The notes below the pieces were generated by a model. It searched no databases, was not told the origin of the DNA, and saw only the letters and a list, made by a program, of their open reading frames with translations. Position numbers and translations under genes: made by a program. DNA of 64,000 nucleotides from Eledone cirrhosa (lineage: Eukaryota): contig OZ024753.1 of assembly GCA_964016885.1 (NCBI GenBank), forward strand, positions 22,568,001 through 22,632,000, read 5' to 3'. Positions 57,494 to 64,000 of this stretch are shown here, one piece after another (the stretch's first letter is position 1; each line of letters begins with the position of its first letter).

Positions 57494-58368
57494 TATGTAT
57501 ACGTACATATATATGTATACAGACATACGTACATATATATGTATATATACAGACATACGTACTGTAGTATGTATATACATACATACATGCACACATATAT
57601 ATATATGTACGTATGGGTTTACCGAAAATGTATTATAATGTTAGGTTTGTAGGTAAACAAATAGCCCGAATTCCGCCGTACAGTATCCGGCAACCATCGT
57701 CACCCTTTTGTTCAACACTGACACAGGAACGATGAACTAGTTTCTAGCTTATTAGCTATCGTCAGCATCGTATACCTTTCTGTCAGATGATTGAACGTCT
57801 GAAAGTATATACTTTCCTTATGCATATTAACGGCTGAACAGCCTAATTTGCATATCAAGTGAGTTAGTCGGCCGGGCGTACCGAAAACGAAAAATGAAAA
57901 AGAATGAAATGAAATAAAATTTCTCACTCATAGTACCTAAATATAAGTATGTATACGTACATACATATATGTGTACAGACGTACATTAGCATGTATATAC
58001 ATAGATACATGCACACATATATATATATAAGTACGTATGCATAAGGAAAGTTTATACTTTCAAACGTTCAATCAACTGACAAGAAGGTATACGGTACTGA
58101 TGACAGCTAATAAGCTAGAAACTAGTTAATCGTTTCTTTGTCAGTGTTGAAAAAAATGGCAACGATGGTTTTCCGAACACTGTACGGCGTAATTTGGGGT
58201 GTTTGTTTACAAACAAACCGAACATTATAATAAATGTTCGGTAAACCCATACGTACATATATATACGTACATATATATATATATATATATATGTACATAT
58301 ATATACATACTTATATTTAAGTATCAGCCGTACTAAGAGTGAGAAATGAAATTTCATTTTTTCCATTT
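57491..58368. mobile_element. Retrozyme-like 430-bp family, inverted pair
   Basis: Hammerheads at 57729-57771 (-, intact, GUU) and 58091-58133 (+). Confidence 0.8.
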
Positions 58369-58473
58369 ATATATATATATACATATATATCTATATGTAT
58401 ATGTATATATATCTATATCTATATGTATATAGATCTATATGTATATATATATATATATATATAGATCTATATG

Positions 58474-58542
<69 letters not shown>

Positions 58543-58772
58543 TTTAGTACAGCATTAACGAAACTTTAGGCTTCGGCTAAGCTAACGAATGCAAATTCGG
58601 AATGTAGCTATAGCACTCGATAAAGAATAATAACATTACGTTTAGACAGCTTTGCAAATCAAATATAGCGATCGGCAGTCCAGCCGCATTGCCATAGCAA
58701 CGAAAATTGTTGGACTCAGGAAAAGATTTTAGACTGAACTGGACCATTGCGCGGAGACCGAATGCAATATAT

Positions 58773-59274
58773 AATTGTTTCTACTTTAGGCACAAGGCCA
58801 GCAATATCCCAGTACTTTATTTTATCGACCCCGTAAGGATGAAAGGCAAAGTCAACCTCGGCGGGATTTGAATTCAGATCGATTAACTAGTTTCTAGCGT
58901 ATTAGCTGTCATCAGCACCGTATACCTTGATTGAATGGCGGTGGATTGGCAGTATCGGTAGATGGTCGGACGCCATGCTTTCCAACATAGTTACGTCCCT
59001 TTACGATCTGAGTTCAAATTCCGCCGAGGTTGACTTTGCTTTTCATCCTTACAGGGTCGATAAAATAAAGTACCAGTAATGCACTGAGGTAATTGCTGGC
59101 CTTGTGCCTAAAGTAGAAACAATTATTTCAATCATGTTCCATTCCTCTCTCTATCTCTCTCTCTATATATATAACTGATTCTACTTTTGGCACAAGGCCA
59201 GCAATTATTCCAGTACATTACTGGTACTTTATTTTATCGACCCCGTAAGGATGAAAGGCAAAATGAACCTCGGC

Positions 59275-59278
<4 letters not shown>
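58773..59278. mobile_element. SINE cluster: partial (-) 58773-58882, full (+) 58936-59126, partial (-) 59179-59278
   Basis: Matches to the SINE consensus; a hammerhead fragment lies at 58880-58935. Confidence 0.85.
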
Positions 59279-59337
<59 letters not shown>

Positions 59338-59923
59338 TGTGCATATGAATATAGAGGCGTACATGTGTGTATATATATATATACATATATATACACTTCT
59401 ATATATAATTTAAGAAACATATAATGTATTGGAGGGAGAGAGACGTATTGATAGAAAGGAGAGAGAAAGAGAGAGGGGGAGGAGGAAAGATCGATCACTA
59501 TATTGATATTTTATCTAACGACTGCGTAAGAATGAAAGGTAAAGCTGTCGTCTGCGGAATTTGAACGGAGAATGTTGTGAAATATACTGAAGTGTTCGAT
59601 CTTCTGACGACTCTGTTTTCTACCAAAGTCAAATGACTTGATAAAAAACATAGAAAACAAGGTGAAGATTGGTAAGAATATTTGTTTCTAGTTTTGGCAC
59701 AAGGCCAGGGGTAAGAATATTGTTTACATTGCAGAAGAAATGTAATTCAATGAAGACTTTATAAAAGATATCTTTAAAGATGGCGTATGTAAGAGATAGG
59801 AGGAAGACAGGATATGAAATATTGTTGGGAATTCGTCTGACAGATGTCAGCTCTGACGATTGTCTTGATTTCAATATTAGAGGAAGAACACAACTGAAAA
59901 GTAATAATACCTACAATAACAAA

Positions 59924-60118
59924 CTACTACTACTACTACTGCTACGGCTGCTGCTACTGTTGCTGCTGCTACTACTGCTGCTACTACTACTACTACTACT
60001 GCTGCTACTGCTGCTTCTACTGCTGCTGCTACTACTACTACTGCTACTACTACTACTACTGTTGCTGCTGCTACTACTACTGCTACTACTACCACTACTG
60101 CTGCTGATGCTACTGTTG

Positions 60119-60168
<50 letters not shown>

Positions 60169-60178
60169 GCTGCTGCTG

Positions 60179-60220
<42 letters not shown>

Positions 60221-60225
60221 ACACA

Positions 60226-60271
<46 letters not shown>
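59924..60271. repeat. (CTA)n/(CTG)n trinucleotide tract
   Basis: Seen directly; explains the poly-Leu and poly-Val ORFs. Confidence 0.95.
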
Positions 60272-60272
<1 letters not shown>

Positions 60273-60315
60273 GCTGCCCCCGCTCGTATAGCCGTATAAA
60301 ATACTTCCCATATAA

Positions 60316-60344
<29 letters not shown>

Positions 60345-60348
<4 letters not shown>

Positions 60349-60550
60349 GAAAATGTATGACCCCGACGGCAGAGCTCAAGCCGTTTCGACGGCTATTTCT
60401 GGACTGAAATAGTCCAGAAATAGCCGTCAAAACGGCTTGAGCTCTGCCGTCGGGGTCATACCTTTTCCTATTACCCACTCTACTACTCTAAGCATTGAGT
60501 ACGCTGGTGCGTTATGGTCCATCTGGTTCCTTACCACAAATCATTCGTTA
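60345..60550. repeat. Fold-back palindrome plus tail (copy of the 6742-6948 family)
   Basis: Palindrome at 60345-60471. Confidence 0.85.
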
Positions 60551-60574
60551 TATATATATATATAAACAAACATA

Positions 60575-61010
60575 AATTATGGAGATTCGCATTTCGGCCC
60601 ACGAAAAACGAAAAACAACCTCCGAGATGTGAGGCAAGTGCTCAATGGTTCAGATGAACCAGAGCTATAACAAACGTTAAACGCCAAACACACTGAGACG
60701 ATGGTTAAACAATCATTCGCATAGCCAAAAAAAAAAACGATCAAGTAATTCGGGTATTGAAAATTTACCCGGACCCCTGGAAGGTTGGTAAAATCCAGTA
60801 TTTGGGTTTCTGCGGCTCCTAAATCAAGTACCTTCCGCTTACATAAATAATGTCAGGCTTCTGGTAAGATGATTGAACAAGGAAGCCACTTTCTCAACAG
60901 GTTTTAGTTAAATGTTAATACAAGGACTGACTATTGCTGACTCCACGTGGGGATCGGCAAGGGAGGCAGCCCCTATATCAGGCGAATAAATTCAGTTGTG
61001 TATATTTTTG
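60575..61010. repeat. Diverged copy of the 23780-24582 repeat family
   Basis: Shared blocks ccgagatgtg, gccaaacacactgagacgatggttaaac and tttacccggacccctgg. Confidence 0.8.
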
Positions 61011-61063
61011 CAAGAATGCAAAAACATTACAAATATATATATACATTATATATATATATATAC

Positions 61064-61530
61064 TCTTTTACTCTTTTACCTGTTTCAGCCATCCGGCTGA
61101 GGCCATGCTGGGGCACCGCCCTTGTTGCTACACATTTTATCTCCAGCCTGTATAGGTTGGCCACTGGTGTAAGAGGGAGTTTGTTGCTGCTGCACTTAGG
61201 TTTCCCTCGTGTCTTGCTGTGGGCTCATCCGGGATCCTGGATAACAAGGTGTCGAGATGTTTCTTGAAGACATCCACCTCCACGTCATGCAAATCTCTCA
61301 GATCCCTCGGCAGCTTGTTGAAGAGTTGAGGGCCCTTGAATCCCAGGCTATTGCAATACCTGCTCCTTATTCTAGATGTGGTAGACGGGACCTTTGGCAC
61401 CACACAGTGACGTCTTGTTCGACGGTTGGTCCAGCTCCCAATGCCAAAGTTTGGTGCTAGTCCCTCCTGGATTTTCCACATGTAGATCACTGCGTATCTC
61501 TCCCGTCTTCGTTCCAAGGAGTAGAGGTTA
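61064..61530 (-). mobile_element. 3' fragment of a CR1/L2-group LINE next to a SINE-like tail
   Basis: LYSLERRRERY...WKI, GPQLFNKLP..LR and FKKHLD..L..IPDEP are typical of the ORF2 C-terminus. Confidence 0.75.
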
Positions 61531-61675
61531 TATATATATATATATATTTTTTAATTGAGTTTGAGTTATTTTCCCACAACTTACGTTAATTATTTTGCCA
61601 TTTTGACGTTATAGTCACTTATATATTATAAAATACTGTTGGCTTCACGCTCACAATAATTTCTATACTTTCATT

Positions 61676-62943
61676 TATATATATTTATTTGCTTGTTTGT
61701 TTATTTTATTTTGTCTTCTTTGCGCATCCGTTTGCGTGTGTGTATAGTGTTTTGTTTGATGTGTGATGTGTGTTCATGATTGGGTGACTAGTGTGTGTTT
61801 ATGTGCTTGTGTATGTATTTATTTATTTATTTATTTATTTATTTATTTTATTTTATTTACTTATTTATACTTCTCTTAGGTCAGTGTTGTTTGTTTGGGT
61901 GTTGTTGTTATTCCATTCATTCTTTCTGTTTAGTCTTGGTCTTCTAAGTTCTATTTCACTGGCCTCTCTGATTTGCCTATCTGCTGGGTCATTTCTATGT
62001 TTAGATATTATTCTAATTTCTATGTTGTCTATGTTACCGTCATGTTGTTGTCTGGCATGTTCGTATAGTACTGACCCGTTTTTTCGTCCTTTTAGTTCCT
62101 CCCAGTGTTGGTCTCTCCTTTCACCTATGCTACGAGCTGTCTCACCTATGTATGTTCTTGTCATGTTTCTGCAAGTACCCTTTGTAAATCTTATGCTATA
62201 GACTACGTTTCTAGTTTTACAGTTTATCTGGGTGTTTACCTTACATACCCACTTAAAAATTAAGGTGGTAGAAAAGCCAGGAACCACCATAAAATCCCTG
62301 ATCAGCAAAACCTACCCTTTTAAGAAAACCCACTGTACCAATAGGAAATGTATCATATGTAAGGTAAACCCCCAGATAAACTGTAAAACTAGAAACGTAG
62401 TCTATAGCTTAAGATGTACAGAGGGTACTTGCAGAAACATGACAACAACATACATAGGTGAGACATCTCGTAGCATAGGTGAAAGGATAGACCAACACTG
62501 GGGGGAACTAAAAGGACGAAAAAACGGGTCAGTACTATACGAACATGCCAGACAACAACATGACGGTAACATAGACAACATAGAAATTAGAATAATATCT
62601 AAACATAGAAATGACCCAGCAGATAGGCAAATTAGAGAGGCCAGTGAAATAGAGAGAGGCTAGTGAAATAGAACTTAGAAGACCAAGACTAAACAGAAAG
62701 AATGAATGGAATAACAACAACACCCAAACAAACAACACTGATCTAAGAGAAGTATAAATAAGTAAATAAAATAAAATAAATAAATAAATAAATAAATACA
62801 TACACAAGCACATAAACACACACTAGTTACCCAATCATGAACACACATCACACATCAAACAAAACACTATACACACACGCAAACGCATGCGCAAAGAAGA
62901 CAAAATAAAATGAACAAACAAGCAAATAAATAAATAAATATAT
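61676..62943. mobile_element. Fold-back PLE GIY-YIG fragment (two inverted copies)
   Basis: NVVYS.RC..C...YIGET.RSIGER..QH and RQIREA on both strands. Arms at 61676-62247 and 62357-62943. Confidence 0.9.
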
Positions 62944-62971
62944 AAACAGACTGAATAAAAATGGCGTAGAC

Positions 62972-63067
<96 letters not shown>

Positions 63068-63069
<2 letters not shown>

Positions 63070-63199
63070 CGAAGGAAATGTGGTAAGGAACCAGGTGGAC
63101 CATAACGCACCAAAGTTTCGACGGCTAATTCTGGACTAAATTAGTCCAGAATTAGCCGTCGAAACGGCTTGAGCTCAGCCGTCGGGGTCCTACTCGTTC
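63068..63199. repeat. Rearranged copy of the 6742/60345 fold-back family
   Basis: Hairpin tttcgacggctaattctggac-taaatta-gtccagaattagccgtcgaaa preceded by the inverted tail. Confidence 0.8.
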
Positions 63200-63225
63200 A
63201 TATATATATATATATATATATACAC

Positions 63226-63306
<81 letters not shown>

Positions 63307-64000
63307 AGGAAAATTCGAAGTTGAAGCTGTGAGGGTCCTTTATAAATTGAGCCGTTATACATATTACAATGACGATAGATATCGTGATTTCTTCAGACAG
63401 TAAAAATTGATTAAAAGGTTTAACATTTCCGAGGCTATTTTGAGTGGAAGGGAGCGGACTAAAAAAATGTATGTTTTTGCTTTGAGTGTTCACTCCCTTC
63501 TGACTTTCAGAACATCCCGACAGCCCTGCTTAGTCACAGGGATGTGGGTGGCTGACCACTCGACTACAACCAAGAATACCACCAACCTTATTTATTCTCT
63601 CTATTTACTGTTAGCTTTGGTAGCCAGCAGAATTTTAGTACATTCGTACCCATTACCCGTTTATGGCGGGATAATATACAGACCATCCACCCGAAATTAA
63701 GAAACTTACCTACTGCTATGGTTAATATAATTTATCATAGAAAATATTAAAGGTTTCGCATCCTGAAAATACAAAAATTCTAAAATTCAGACGTTAAAAG
63801 TTAAAAGTTAGACGTCCAGAAAACTAGACAACAGTCAATATGCTAAGAATAATATCTAACTGGCAAAGTGTATATTGGTATTAGGGATTGTGTTCAGGGT
63901 TGGATATTAACTTGTAATGACCCCTACTGGAAAAAAAAACTGGCCTCTTGTCGAGGATATTGAAAGTATCTAATGTAACGAATGTAAAAATTAAATAATC

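Noticed and set aside
59780-60412. Poly-Leu/Val ORFs, also poly-Arg 47899-48183 and all [12 protein letters not shown] ORFs
   Set aside because: Translations of microsatellites.

Overview
AT-rich, microsatellite-dense eukaryotic DNA. The SINE family and repeat style suggest a mollusc, probably an octopus; this is inference. No host protein-coding gene can be confidently supported, and most long ORFs are microsatellite artefacts or decayed transposon frames. The window is a nest of mobile elements, mostly inserted into (AT)n/(CA)n tracts: at least 9 Penelope-like element (PLE) relics (RT and/or GIY-YIG), a decayed RTE LINE, two R4/Dong-type RLE LINE copies, a CR1/L2-type LINE tail, an internally deleted Helitron with both termini, a mariner-like MITE and several tRNA-derived SINEs. 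The main signal the ORF track misses is about 15 distinct sequence families (about 29 motifs) of type I hammerhead ribozymes, found by eye. They sit in PLE termini and in non-coding 350-690 bp tandem or fold-back retrozyme-like repeats. Many of these elements have an inverted-duplication architecture, in some cases turning around inside hammerhead stem II.
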